A DNA stretch of 64,000 bases from Octopus sinensis (Eukaryota). Positions within the stretch are counted from its first letter, which is position 1. Every line of letters begins with the position of its first letter. The stretch covers positions 34,782,001-34,846,000 of the forward strand of contig NC_043006.1 in NCBI RefSeq assembly GCF_006345805.1, given 5' to 3'. The notes under the pieces were generated by a model. The model worked only from the letters and a program-made list of their open reading frames with translations. It made no database searches and had not been told where the DNA came from. The translations under genes were made by a program, and so were the position numbers. This document shows positions 1-12,392 of the stretch, in pieces.

Positions 1-289
1 TAACGAAATCGATGAAATAGGTACAAGCTGTTATTTGTGCTTTTTAGACCTAGATTAGTCCTGATCCAGCATACCTACAATCAAATAATTCTATTCTAGC
101 CATGACAATCCATTCTTACTCTCAGAGAATCTATCCGTGTCTCTATTATCCAAAGTATTCTTCCTTTTTTAAAAGACGGGCTTGGTCTAGAGTAGAGATA
201 GTAAGTAAGTAGTCTTGAGTTCTTGGACTCATAGAGCTAGTCACCTAGTTTCCATGGCATGTAAATGGCTAAGATAACAGCACCCCCCT

Positions 290-470
290 GAACGAGTCGC
301 CAGTCTATCTTAAGAGTAACTTCCCAGTTATTGCAGGGATTCACAGCTGAGTTAACTGGAGCAACATGGTGAAATGAAGTGTTTTACTCAAGAACGCAAC
401 GAACCACCCAGTTCTGAAATCGAAATCACGATTGCAAGAACTCCATCCTATGTAGCAGGCCACGCATGAT
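290..470 (-). mobile_element. Decayed tRNA-derived SINE remnant
   Basis: Reverse complement aligns by eye with the head and core of the SINEs at 11592 and 34472 (cagctgagt..actggagcaac..gtgaaat.aagtg..t.gctcaag). Confidence 0.55.
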
Positions 471-988
471 CACATGTAGACGAGACTCGAATTATATATT
501 ATACCAGATAAGTTACGTTTTTTTTTCTTTCGTTCTTCTTTGTTTTGGTAAATGTTTCTTTCTGCTAATCATAGAAAAAAATCGCAAATGGTTTTAAGCG
601 ATATACGATTGAGACGTCTGTTAATGAAACAAAAACACTTGTAACAGCTGTTACGAAACACAAATAAGAGTTTACATTAAAAGACATAACATTTCATTAC
701 TCTACTTCAATATGAAAGAAGGCTAATTCTCTCTCATCATTTGTTGGTTATTTGATGATGAAAGAAGGCAAACTACTAGAAAATGGAAAATTAATTTATA
801 TTATTCTGTTAGATATTCTTGAAGAGAATTATTCAAGAGAGGAACATTAGCAAATGTCTGTTGGCAGATAAGAACTTAGAATTTTAAGCCAAGAAACAAA
901 CTTTTCTCCTTTTGGACACTTGAAAATATTAATTCCATTTTAATTAAAGATATTTCCTGTGTCTGATTTTTTTATGAGCTCCTTCAAG

Positions 989-1103
989 ATATATATATAT
1001 ATATATGTGAGTGTGTGTGTATGTATGTATGCATGTATGTATATACATATTGTGTATATATATGGATATATATATGTGTCTGTGTTTGTGTATATATATA
1101 TAT

Positions 1104-1155
<52 letters not shown>
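989..1155. repeat. (TA)n/(TG)n compound microsatellite
   Basis: Direct reading. It accounts for the YI/CV-rich ORFs at 944-1297. Confidence 0.95.
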
Positions 1156-1159
<4 letters not shown>

Positions 1160-1330
1160 GAGTGTTACGGAATGGAATGGGTAAGATCCGGCTACATATG
1201 TTTCATGGCGGGCGGAACCTCAGAAGTGGTAAAAATCCAATCGAGGTATCAAGTGTCTTGTATTATAGCCCCGGGCCGACCAATGGCTTGTGAGTGAATT
1301 CAATAGACGGAATCTGCGAGAAATGTGTTA

Positions 1331-1332
<2 letters not shown>

Positions 1333-1390
<58 letters not shown>

Positions 1391-1485
1391 GTGTGTGTGT
1401 GTGTTGCGTGCGCGCGTGTGCGTGAGTGTGTGTGTGCGTGTGCGCGCGCGTGTGTGTAGGTGTGTATGGGTGTGTGTGTGTGCAT
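1333..1485. repeat. (TG)n/(CG)n microsatellite
   Basis: Direct reading. Confidence 0.95.
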
Positions 1486-1867
1486 GGGGTTGATGTAATC
1501 GACTTACCGACCCTTCGATATTTCTGGCCTTTTTGCCAAAATTTGAAGCCGATTAATTAATTGTCTGTAGATTAATTTGTTATTCGTCGCATATCTGTAG
1601 CCTCTTAAGGATTTGACTGTAGAATGGTAAACGAAGTCATTGAGTAAGACACAGATGTTTAATGAAGGAATTTTCGGAAACGAAATGAAGTCATTAGATT
1701 AGTCAACAGTAACAATAAAGTGGTTAACTATTATAACCTGTATCTGAGTCGTTTATTATGTGTGTGCGAGAGCGACTTAATACGACTCAAAAGAAGCAAC
1801 AAGTGGAATCGTGGCTCAGTTAGACACAGCTGAAGAGGTCTATTTGGTTAGGATCAGTTATTTCGAC

Positions 1868-2154
1868 CAGTGGTTCTCAACCATTTTTTGCCTCTGGACC
1901 CCTTTAATTCCTGTTTTACTCAGATGTTTCAAATCTCTTATTATAGTTTTATGATTAAACATTATTTGTAATTTTATAAAGAGATGCTTAAATATTTTAT
2001 GGATTGTTGAAATATAACCAGTTTATTGTACATAAATTTAACAAAATAATCTTATATAGACCCCAAGTGTCATATGGATTCCCAGGGGCCATATGGTTTT
2101 CTAAGGGTCATGTGGACCCTCAAGAGCCATATGGACGTCACTTGAAAAACATTG
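1868..2154. mobile_element. hAT (Charlie-like) MITE, decayed
   Basis: Starts CAGTGGTTCTCAACC, a typical hAT-Charlie terminus, and ends TTGAAAAACATTG, an imperfect inverted match. Subterminal ggaccc motifs are present. The 8-bp TSD is not clean. Confidence 0.65.
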
Positions 2155-3499
2155 GTTTAGCTGAGATGGTGTGCGAAATCGTAGATGGGAAAAAATACAG
2201 AGTTGTTGGATGCAGTAGTCATTCTAAAGAATTGATTTCTTTCTTTTGTGCAAATACGAAACAAAAATATAGTTTTTTGATAAAGAAATTTAACAAATGT
2301 AAGTTATAATGGCTAAACAAACATAACAAACGTCGATACTGTTGTTCAGTGGATTGTAATTTCGTTACATGTCAACAAATAACAACAACTGGTTGGGAGA
2401 ACTTATTGAATAGTTTGTTTAGCAAATATTGAGTGCAGTTGAATGATTAATATTAAAGAGATCATAATTGCCATTGATATCAAATATCAAGTTGAGTGAT
2501 TTTCTTTTTATAATCAATCAAACTGTTAAATGTAGATATTCGCACATATAAATATTAATAATGCAAATGTGATACATACATATACGTCTTATGATTAAAG
2601 TGTTAATTAAAACAACAACATTAGCAACTACCACAAAAAACAAATACTCTTTAATTCCACTTCTGTTTGCAAGAACAAGAGGTAGTTTTTAAACTAACAA
2701 AAGAGAAACTATATCGGAGATGTTGACATATATGAGAACACGCTTCTAAAACACTTCCTGTGGTAGACTTCTAATGAAAACCATACAAGAATTCTTATAA
2801 GTTGTGAAAGAGCCAGCTGTTGTTGCTGTGGGGAACTTTCGAAGCTATAAAGAGCTCCATACTTTTAGAAAACCTTATAAGGGGCACATGTATTTTTTGT
2901 CTGTAAATAAGTTTTTCCTTATTCACTTGTTTACAAAAATGTTGACAGTCAGTCGTGGGATTGTGCGTAGAATGAGTTTGTTTGAAAGAATACTTGCAAA
3001 GCAAAATCAGAGTCGATTCTAATAGGTGTGGTTGTATGACGTAAATATCTTACTGGACTGACCATTCCACTGGTCATCTTAATAAAAGTTCAGTTGCAGA
3101 GTAGGTTAAGAAACATCTGACGGCAATCCAATGTTCCTGAATACTATTCTTGCTTATGTTCCCTTAATACTCAAATAATTCGTCGTTCGCTTTACTTTTA
3201 ACTATTTTTCTAGATCTCTTGCTGCAACTTTGTCATATTTCATATTTTATATCAAACCACTTCCATCATGTTTCCTAGGTAAATATATACAATTTATATC
3301 GATTCTAGTTATGGCTCCGAAACACAATGAGGAGTTTTCTAATTTCCCTTTTTTAATATTTCTTCTGTGGCTTTCGGACTCATGAGGCCGGTTGCCCAGT
3401 TTCTATGACGTATAAGAGACTGCGGTCACGATATTCCCTCTGAACGGGTCACCAGTCCGTTCTGGGATACAAGGCCAGAAGTTATGAAGTGACCCCAGT

Positions 3500-3650
3500 A
3501 CCTGACTAGTACTTTATTTTGTCGACCCCCTTAAGGTATAAAAGGCAAATTTGACCTCGGCGGGATTTGAACACAGAACATAAAGCCTGGAAGAAATGCC
3601 ATTAAGCATGTTGTCCGAAGAACTGACGATCCTGTCTGACCACTTTAATG
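3500..3650 (-). mobile_element. tRNA-derived SINE fragment (family also at 35005-35490)
   Basis: gtcgaccccc..aaaggcaaatttgacctcggcgggatttgaacacagaac matches the body of the 35361-35490 copy, including the B-box-like GTTCAAATCCC on the minus strand. Confidence 0.7.
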
Positions 3651-3785
3651 GTCAGACAGCTCTGTAAATCAAGCTCTGTAAATCACTTGGACTTCGAAGT
3701 GGTCTGTTCAAGAGGCAGCTCATAGCTATCATCTCGTTTCAAATATTGATTGCACTTCATAAATAAATTAGTCTGGCCTTCCATA

Positions 3786-4240
3786 GGCGCAGGTGTAGCA
3801 ATGGGGTAAGAAGACTGCTTTGCAACCACATGGGTCCCGGTTCAGTCCCACTGCATAGCACTTTGGACAAGTGTCTTCTATTATAGCCTTGTAAGTAGAT
3901 TTGGTTGATGGAAACTGAAAGAAGCCTGTCACATTGTGTGTGTGTGTGTCTTTGTGTGTGTGTCTGTGTGTATATGTGTCTTTCTGTGTGTGTGTCTTTT
4001 TGTGTGTGTCTTTGCGTGTGTGCGCGCGCGCGTGCGTGTGCGTGTCTTTGTGTGTGCTTGTCCCTCACCACCGCGTGATAACCGATGTTGGTTGCTTAAC
4101 GTCCTCGTAACATATCGAATAAGTACCAAGCTTACAAATAGAAAAGGACTGGAGTCGATTCATTCGATTAAATATCCTTGAAGGGGGTGCCCCAGCATGG
4201 CCGCAGTCTAATCACCGAAACAAGCAAAGCATAAAAGGTA
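3786..4240 (+). mobile_element. Composite SINE: tRNA-like head, internal (TG)n, conserved tail
   Basis: Head ggcgcagg..ggtaagaag..gggttcagtcccactg, then ggaaactgaaagaagcc and (TG)n, then tail ggtgccccagcatggccgcagtc..gaaac. The same layout recurs many times in the window. Confidence 0.85.
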
Positions 4241-4664
4241 AAGATATCTAGATTTAATTTAATCATCCCAGTTCTTAATTAATTCGCCTGTTTAATATAA
4301 ATTTGGTGCATTTGTCTAACAGCATCAACATATCTAATATGGCGGTTGAATTCACGTAGAGTTTCTCTTAAGTTCTCACAGCTGGGCACTGTCACTTGTA
4401 AATGGCTTCTAAGCAACCAGACACAGAAAGTGGCTTATGCTTACTATCCGAAACATTTATAACGATCGCTAGTTTCATCCAATTAACTTGTTAATGAAAT
4501 CAAAACAGCAAAAACGTTAAAGGAATAAGAAGTTTTGTTGGAAACCAAAAATTCAATTTCTTATCGTAGGACTGTTTTCTATTAACCCGTCATCGTGCAG
4601 AATCGCAGCCGTTTTTCTTTCCGACATGATAGGTTTGGTAAATAACCATCATATTAGTTTTCAT

Positions 4665-4920
4665 AAGCTCTGGCGTGAATGTGTGGTAAGGACCTTGCTT
4701 CCGGGTTCAGTCCTACTGCGTGGCACCTTGGGCAAGTGTCTTCTACTATACCCTTGTACCGACCAAAGCCGGAAACTGAAAGAAGCTTGTCGTATATATA
4801 TATACATATGTGTGTGTGTGTGTTTGTCCCCTACCATCGCTTGATAACCGCTGTACTGGGGTCAATTTGCTCGACTAAAGGCAGTGCTCCAGCATGGCAG
4901 CAGTCAATGACTAAAACAAA
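4665..4920 (+). mobile_element. Composite SINE, internally deleted copy
   Basis: Shares head, central and tail blocks with 3786-4240. Confidence 0.8.
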
Positions 4921-5084
4921 TAATATATATGTGTGTGTTTGTGTGTGTAAGTATCAATTAATAATTATCATAATGTATCAATTAATAAGCATCATAATAA
5001 TTAATGAACGAAGTCCCTAAGAACCCTATCCCAATAACGAGAAAAATTGAAAATTGAAAGCCAGACACACCCGATTTATGTGTA

Positions 5085-5300
5085 GATATTTGTGTGTCTG
5101 TGTTTGTCCCCTCCACACACACACCATTGTTTGACAAACGATGCTGGTGTGTTTATGTCCTCGTAACTTAGCGGTTCGGCAAAAGAAACCGATAGAATAA
5201 GTACTAGGCTTACAAAGAAAAAGTCCTAGAGTCGATTTCTGCAACTAAAGGCGTTGCTCCAGCTTGGTCGCAGTCAAATGACTGAAACAAGTAAAAGAGC
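5085..5300 (+). mobile_element. Composite SINE 3' half
   Basis: tgtttgtcccc..taacttagcggttcggcaaaagaaaccgatagaataagtact..tail ..cagtcaaatgactgaaacaagtaaaag. Confidence 0.85.
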
Positions 5301-5429
5301 GAAAACAAAATATGAGTAGTGTTGCTTTATTTCTATGGAATATCTTTAATTTCCATGAATGTTTTAAATCATTTTCGGTGGCAAGAATGCAAAGCTGACT
5401 GCTTCTCTTTGCACTGACGCGGTTCCGTT

Positions 5430-5762
5430 TCTGTCCCACTGCGTGGCACCTTGGGTAAGTCTCTACTACTTTAACCCTGGACCGACTAATGCCCGTGGTA
5501 TAAATATTAAATACGAGCGTGTGTATGTGTGTGTGTGTGCGTGTGCGTGCGTGCGCGTGCGTGCGTGCGCGTGCGTGTGTGTGTGTGTGTGTGCGTGTGT
5601 GTGTGTGCGCGCGCGCGTTCTCCACGACTGCTTGTCAACAGAGGTTCCACAAAACACTCCCATAGAATAAGTACAAGACTAAATATAATTACCGGAGTCA
5701 CTATGTTCGACTCAACCCTTCAAGGTAGTGCTCCAGCATGGCTGCAGTTCATTGGAACACGA
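5430..5762 (+). mobile_element. Composite SINE variant
   Basis: cccactgcgtggcaccttggg head remnant, (TG/CG)n centre, tail ggtagtgctccagcatggctgcag. Confidence 0.7.
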
Positions 5763-5787
5763 GTTGTGATATATAAAAAAAGGAAAT

Positions 5788-5861
5788 GAAAATGCTGACA
5801 AAATAATTTAAGTAAGGGAGAGTACACTCTCCCTTACTTAAATTATTTTGTCAGCATTTTC
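5788..5861. repeat. Perfect palindrome, 36-bp arms with 2-nt spacer
   Basis: gaaaatgctgacaaaataatttaagtaagggagagt-ac-actctcccttacttaaattattttgtcagcattttc. Confidence 0.95.
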
Positions 5862-5869
5862 TTCATTTC

Positions 5870-5915
<46 letters not shown>

Positions 5916-6064
5916 CTCAGCGACTCCATGTAAGAATATCCGAAGAAGGAATTTTATTCCGAAATATTATCAGACTATGGATGACTAAATTACAACAGGT
6001 ATATAGCCCATTGTTTGTATTATAGGGCATTGTTATACCATTCAAAACTTTTTACTCTTTACAC

Positions 6065-6099
<35 letters not shown>

Positions 6100-6103
<4 letters not shown>

Positions 6104-6290
6104 ATCCAAACAAGAAAACAAAAAGACAACAACGCAAGGATGTGGAACAAATAAAGTATTATTGGACACTCAGGAAAGAAGGGAAGAAGGAGGGTTTGAC
6201 GTTTCGAGCGGAGCTCTTGGTCGGAAACATAGGAGAAGGAAAGATTCCGAGAAGGGAAGACAGAGGAAAAAAATCGCTAGTGATACAGAC
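6100..6290 (-). mobile_element. Short dispersed repeat (probable Penelope-type tail) with hammerhead-like motif, abutting (TA)n
   Basis: Near-copy at 12195-12345 and related copies at 11935, 12930, 27160 and 51195. Minus strand reads GTTT CCGACCA AGAGC TCC GCTC GAAA CG TC AAAC. Confidence 0.7.
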
Positions 6291-7139
6291 GAGATATATA
6301 TATTGTCCGCCACCCCGCAACGATTGCCCATTTGACTAGTAGTTGTTCTTTATAAGCATACATCAGTTTCCGACAGCCTTTCTCTTCATGTGATTCGATG
6401 TTAGTCTTTTTATAGAAACCAATATAGCTATACATCACTGTAGTTGATAGAGTTCCGTATCGTTGTTCACAATCAATTTATTAGTGACGGTGTTTTTTGA
6501 GAGTCTTAGATGCTTTGACGAACCAATTCCATTTTTTGTTCCTAGGAAGCATCAGGTGTTAAATCTAGTCTTTTTATTGATCCATCATACGTTAAGGACA
6601 CACACATTTTTGCCCAACGCCGGAATTTCGGGGAAGGAGTAAGCCGGTTGCATCGGCCCTCAGTACTCAGCTGGTACTTATGCTATCACCCCCCCCCCAA
6701 TGGATTTATTTTTCAAGTCTTGCACAAAACAACCCAGTTGTTCGACACAGGTTTCGTATTAAAGAATAACTCAAAGTAAGATTGTTGAATATGATATTAT
6801 TCTACTTTTCCTTTGGTTTTTTTATTTCCCCTTTAACCTCTCATAGTTTCTTTTCCTTTCCCGCTTATTTCCCCTTTCATCTATCATAGTTTCTTTTCCC
6901 TTGGTCGGGCTGGATGGTTTGATTCCCCAGTTTCCTCCCATATCCTCGGATTTCATTGATCCCTCATTTTGAGTCATACAATTTTTACTTTAATACCGCG
7001 TTCCTTTTTGTTGCTGTTGTTGTCGGAGTGTTTTTAAACTCTAGGGGTCAGCTACCGATTTGAATTTAAGGGGAAATTGATTATTTACTGCAGGTCGAGT
7101 GACCACATTCTCTCATCTTTCTCGTTTCCCTTCCCCCTC

Positions 7140-7520
7140 TTTGTTTCTCACACACACACACGCACGTCCACACACACTCCTTCCTCTCTCTCTCCATCCT
7201 TCTCTCTCCATCCCTCTCTCTTTCTCCATCCCTCTCTCTCTCTCTCTCTCCATCTCTACATCTGCCCATTTCTCCATCCCTCACTCTCCATCCCTCTCTC
7301 TGCATACCTCTCCCTCTCCCCATCTACCCCATATCTCCCCATCTCTCTCTCTTTCTGTCTCTCGCTCTCTTTCTTTCTCTCTCTCTCTTTCTCTCTCTCT
7401 CTCTGTTTCTCTCTCTCTCTCGCTCTTTCTCTCTCTTTCGTTTCCCACTAATTCTTACCCAGATCTCCCTATATACCCCATATCTCACCATCTCTCTCCC
7501 CCCTCTCTCTCTTCCTCTCG
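7140..7520. repeat. (CT)n-rich pyrimidine tract
   Basis: Direct reading. Confidence 0.9.
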
Positions 7521-7844
7521 TTTCTCACTAATTCTTACACAGATCCCTATCTCCATCCACCTACGTCACAAAATCTTAACGGCAAAAATCCCAAACTAGA
7601 AATTCTATTTCTCACAGCGTTTCCACAAATGTTCACCGAAGCCTGTTCGCTTCTCTTGATATTTCTTTGTGTTTGAAAAATGGAATGTGCTAAAAACAAT
7701 GACTGGAAATAGAAGTGTGATAGGAATTTGCTGAATAATTAGGTTATGGTGGAGGGGCGACGGGGGGTATCCTGGAAACTGCGCTCAATTTATTTTTAAA
7801 TTTATTTAAAAAGACATGGCATATGTGTGTTGAACAGAAACCAA

Positions 7845-8342
7845 ACGATTACCATGACCACTATCGTCAACGTCATCATTGCCATCACCGCCATCACCAC
7901 CAGTACTACTACCACCATCATAGTCATCATCATCATCATTACCATCATCGCTTTCATCATCATCATCACCACCACCACCACCACCACCCATCACAACCAC
8001 CATCACTATCATCATCGTCATCATCACTATTACCATCTTCGTCGTCGTCATCATTATTATTGTTACCATAATTACTGTCATCATCATTATGATCACCACC
8101 ACCACCATCACTATCATCATCACCTCCACTACCAGCACCACCATCATCACCATCATTATCATCATCACTATTATCATCGTCATCGTCATCCTCATCACCA
8201 ACACCATCACCATCATCACCATTATCACCACTATCACCATTATCAACACTATCATCCTCATTACCACCATCATCATCATCACTATAACCATCGTCGTCGT
8301 CATCATCATCACCATCATCACCACCATCACCAACACTATCAC

Positions 8343-8393
<51 letters not shown>

Positions 8394-9518
8394 TATCATC
8401 CTGAAATTCCTCCTCTCATCATCACAACCAAGTTCATTATTGCCAATGCTGTCATTTTCATTGCTCTAATTATCCTTATTATCGTTCTCCTGCTCATCTG
8501 TTCGCCATCAACATAATTACCGCACCTAGAACACAAGCATCAACTCAGCCACCGAGAAAAATCACTTCTGTCACCGCCACCACCACCTCCACCACCATCA
8601 TCACCACCACCAACACCACAATCATCATCATCATCATCACCACCCTCTACACCACAAGCAAAATCTTCAACCATCGCCAGCAACATCTGTCTGTTTCACT
8701 ACCGCTTTCGCCATCATCGCTATAATTGCCACTTAACCAACATCAAGAGCAGGCAGGCTGCCACCAGCAGCAACCACCAACGTACCACTAACCAACTGCA
8801 GCCGTTACTACCACCGCCAGCGGAACCATCGCCGAAATTACCGACGCTACCATCAACAGAAACACCACTGACAACACTACTACCACTGGGGTCTCGTCAT
8901 CATCCACACCATCGTCCATACCATTGGCAATCACTATCATCGCCATCGTTATCATCATCATTGCCATCATCATCATCATCTTCATCATCATCTTCATCAT
9001 CATCTTCATCATCATCACTAGCATCTTCAACATCATCGTCGCCATCGTTGTCGTCGTCATCGTCATTGTATACTGTTGCAATTATCCTCATCATCGTCGT
9101 TGTCGTCGTCGTCATCGTCGCAATAATCGTCCTTTTTGCTCCCCCCCCCCCTGCCACCTTCCGTATGTCCTCCTATGCTATTAATTTAATTAAACACTTC
9201 GGAACAGCACTAATTGGAGTGAAATACGAAGAGGAGTCTGGTGATGATGATGATGACGATGACGATGACGACGACGACGACGACGACGATGATGATGATG
9301 ACGATGATGATGATGATGATGATGATGACGACAATGGTGATAATGCTGATGCTGGTGCTGGTGCTGGTGGGGGCGATGACTGCTATAATGATGTTGATAA
9401 TCACGGCGTTGTTGACGATGATGGTGATGATGTTGATGATTATGGAGATGATAACGTTGGTGGTGATGATGAAGCAGATGAAAGCAAGACAAATAAGAAA
9501 GAAGAGGAAGAATTACTA

Positions 9519-9556
<38 letters not shown>

Positions 9557-9560
9557 ACTA
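7845..9560. repeat. Degenerate trinucleotide mosaic: (CAT/CAC/CGT)n then (GAT/GAC/CTA/CTG)n
   Basis: Direct reading. It produces the poly-His/Ile/Asp/Met ORFs in several frames. Confidence 0.9.
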
Positions 9561-9725
9561 CATCCGGATTGAGAAGACAAAAGAAAAATGTTGCAAGTGT
9601 TAGGTAAATTAGAAACTCCACTGTAATATAATGATTGATTCTATTTTTAGAAAAGACTTGGATAGGTTGGGGGTGGGGGAGAGGGGGAAATACAGGGAAG
9701 ATTCGGTGTGTGTGTGTGTGTATGT

Positions 9726-10460
9726 TTATGAGATGTGCGCGCGCGCGTGTGTGTGTGTATTTGTGTGATGAGTGTGTATCTATGTTTACGTGAAATGTGT
9801 GTGTGTATTTATGAGATGTGTGTAAGCGTGTATGCGTGTGCATTTGTGTGATGAGTGTGTATCTATGTTTACGTGAAATGTGTGTGTGTATTTATGAGAT
9901 GTGTGTAAGCGTGTATGCGTGTGCATTTGTGTGATGAGTGTGTATCTATGTTTACGTGAAATGTGTGTGTGTGTGTATTTATGAGATGTGTGTAAGCGTG
10001 TATGCGTGTGCATTTGTGTGATGAGTGTGTGTCTATGTTTACGTGAAATGTGTGTGTGTGTATTTATGAGATGTGTGTAAGCGTGTATGCGTGTGCATTT
10101 GTGTGATGAGTGTGTATCTATGTTTACGTGAAATGTGTGTGTGTGTGTGTATTTATGAGATGTGTGTAAGCGTGTATGCGTGTGCATTTGTGTGATGGCT
10201 GTTTATCTATGTTTACGTGATGTGTGTGTATATTTATGAGATGTGTGTAAGCGTGTATGTGTGTGTATTTGTGTGATTGGTGTTTATCTATGTTTACGTG
10301 ATGTGTGTGTATGTTTATATGATTTGTGTCTGTATGTTTATGAGATGTGTGTGTGTGTCTGTTTGTGTGTATGTTAATGTGATATGTGTGTGTGTATCTA
10401 TGTTTACGTGATGTGTCTGTATGCTTATGAGATGTGTGTGCGTATGTGTGTTTATGTTTA
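9726..10460. repeat. Minisatellite, unit about 82-88 bp, about 7 clear plus 2-3 decayed copies
   Basis: Unit tttatgagatgtgtgtaagcgtgtatgcgtgtgcatttgtgtgatgagtgtgtatctatgtttacgtgaaatg(tg)n. Confidence 0.9.
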
Positions 10461-11464
10461 CGTGATATGTGTGTGTATGTTTAGGAAATATGTGTGTGTA
10501 TGTGATGTGTATCCTGCCTGTGTGACTGTATAGAGTGTATATAAGCAGTATGTATAAAGTGGAGTCGTGATTGAGTGTTGTGTTATATATTGTAGCTGAT
10601 GCAGAGTGTATAGTGTGATGTATATTGTGATGTGTATGTGTACATTGTGTATGTGAATATGTGTGAATGTGTGTATATGTAAGCATGTCAGTGCGTATGC
10701 AGTATAGTATGAATGTGTGTGTATGTGCGCGCACGTGTGTTTGTGTGCGTGTACTTAATGTGTCTTATGCGAGAAAAGTTGTGTGTCGTGGGTCGTGAAG
10801 TGTGTGTGTATATACCGTAGTATGTCTTGTCTGTTATTTGGTGCACGTTAAGCATATGTAAGAAACATGGTCAATATGTGATGTGGAGTGCCTTCCATAC
10901 ACAGTATATTGTGAACAGTATGTGGTGTTGTGTGCTTTGTACGGTGTTGTGTATGATATATGTTGTGTAGCGTTTATTGCGTCACATGTACAGTGTGAAC
11001 CATCTTCAGTGTACTGATGCGCAGCACATGGAACTACATGAAACGTAGTCACGAGCTGAAACTTTAACCACAGACCAGCCACGCCTGTTATGCGTTATTA
11101 TATACAGTTTCTTTTCTAAACATCACACACACCAAACATCTCGCTTCTATATCCCATACTGCAGTCTCTTATACAACTATAAGCAGTCAAATAAAACGCT
11201 ATTAATGCACCGCTAATTTATAATCCGAATTAACTGCAAAGAATGCGCGATCTTATGCCAATTTGTCTGTCCGAGCAGGACCTCTGTGCATATTGAAAGA
11301 GGATACTAAGTTGCTGATGAAATCGTGACATAGGATTAACACTAGTTCGGTTTATTTTTATTTTTCTGACCAAGAAGATATTGCATGTAAAGACGAACTG
11401 TTTGCTTTTGCCTATACACGCAGTAGCCATAGAGCTATAGATGCTATAAAAATACATATGTATT

Positions 11465-11573
<109 letters not shown>

Positions 11574-11591
11574 TATATATACATATGTGAA

Positions 11592-11923
11592 GGCGCATGG
11601 CTCAGTGGTTAGAGCGTCGAGCTTACGATCGTGAGGTTGTGAGCTCGAATCCCGGACCGGGCTGCGTGTTGTGTTCTTGAGCAAGGCACTTTATTTCACG
11701 TTGCTCCAGTTCACTCAGCTGTAGAAATGGGTTGCGACGTCACTGGTGCCAAGCTGTATCGACCTTTGTCTTTCCCTTGGATAACACTGGTGGCGTGGAG
11801 AGGGGAGGCTGGTATACATGGGCGACTGCTGGTCTTCCATAAACAACCTCGACCGGACTTGTGTCTAGGAGGGTAACTTTCTAGGTGCAATCCCATGGTC
11901 TGTGTCGTGACCGAAGGGGTCTC
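11592..11923 (+). mobile_element. Apparently full-length tRNA-derived SINE
   Basis: A-box TGGCTCAGTGG, B-box-like GCTCGAATCCC, conserved central block ttgagcaaggcactttatttcacgttgctccagttcactcagctg, and a distinct tail. Confidence 0.85.
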
Positions 11924-11934
11924 CGAATATATAT

Positions 11935-12110
11935 ATAGGGAGAATTCACAAAAAAAAACAGAGGACGAAGCCAGGTGGTGTAGACAACAAACAGATGTAT
12001 TACTTTAATGCTCGGGAAGTGAAAAAGTCTTTAAAGTTTCGAGCCTGCGCTCCTCCACAGAAAGGAACACAGAAAGAAACAAGGAGAGAAAATAAGAATG
12101 TGTAATCGCT
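11935..12110 (-). mobile_element. Short dispersed repeat with degenerate hammerhead-like motif
   Basis: Homologous to 27160-27300 and 12930-13185. Minus strand reads TCCTTT CTGTGGA GGAGC GCAG GCTC GAAA. Confidence 0.65.
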
Positions 12111-12142
12111 AGCGATCTATGATATATATATTTTTATATATA

Positions 12143-12194
<52 letters not shown>

Positions 12195-12196
<2 letters not shown>

Positions 12197-12345
12197 AGTG
12201 GAACAAATATAGTATTATTGGACGCTCAGTAAAGAAGGAGGGTTTAACGTTTCGAGCGGAGCTCTTCGTCGGAAACATAGGAGAAGGAAAGATCCAGAGA
12301 AGGGAAGACATAGGAAAAAAATCGCCAACGGTACACACGAGGTCA
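12195..12345 (-). mobile_element. Short dispersed repeat with hammerhead-like motif, abutting (TA)n
   Basis: Near-identical to 6140-6280. Reads GTTT CCGACGA AGAGC TCC GCTC GAAA CG TT AAAC. Confidence 0.7.
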
Positions 12346-12351
12346 CACACA

Positions 12352-12392
<41 letters not shown>

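Noticed and set aside
5930-5980. Hammerhead-like CCGAAGA-AGGAAT-TTT-ATTCC-GAAA
   Set aside because: Stem II and GAAA are present but there is no convincing stem I. Probably a decayed relic.
7806-9603. Poly-His, poly-Asp, poly-Ile and poly-Met ORFs up to 229 aa as a metal-binding or biomineral protein
   Set aside because: Open in several frames on both strands purely because of trinucleotide repeats. No domain, signal peptide context or splice support.
11592-11665. SINE heads (also 33480-33545, 34730-34797, 35400-35490) as genuine tRNA genes
   Set aside because: They have A/B boxes, but I could not form a complete acceptor stem or cloverleaf, and they run directly into SINE bodies.
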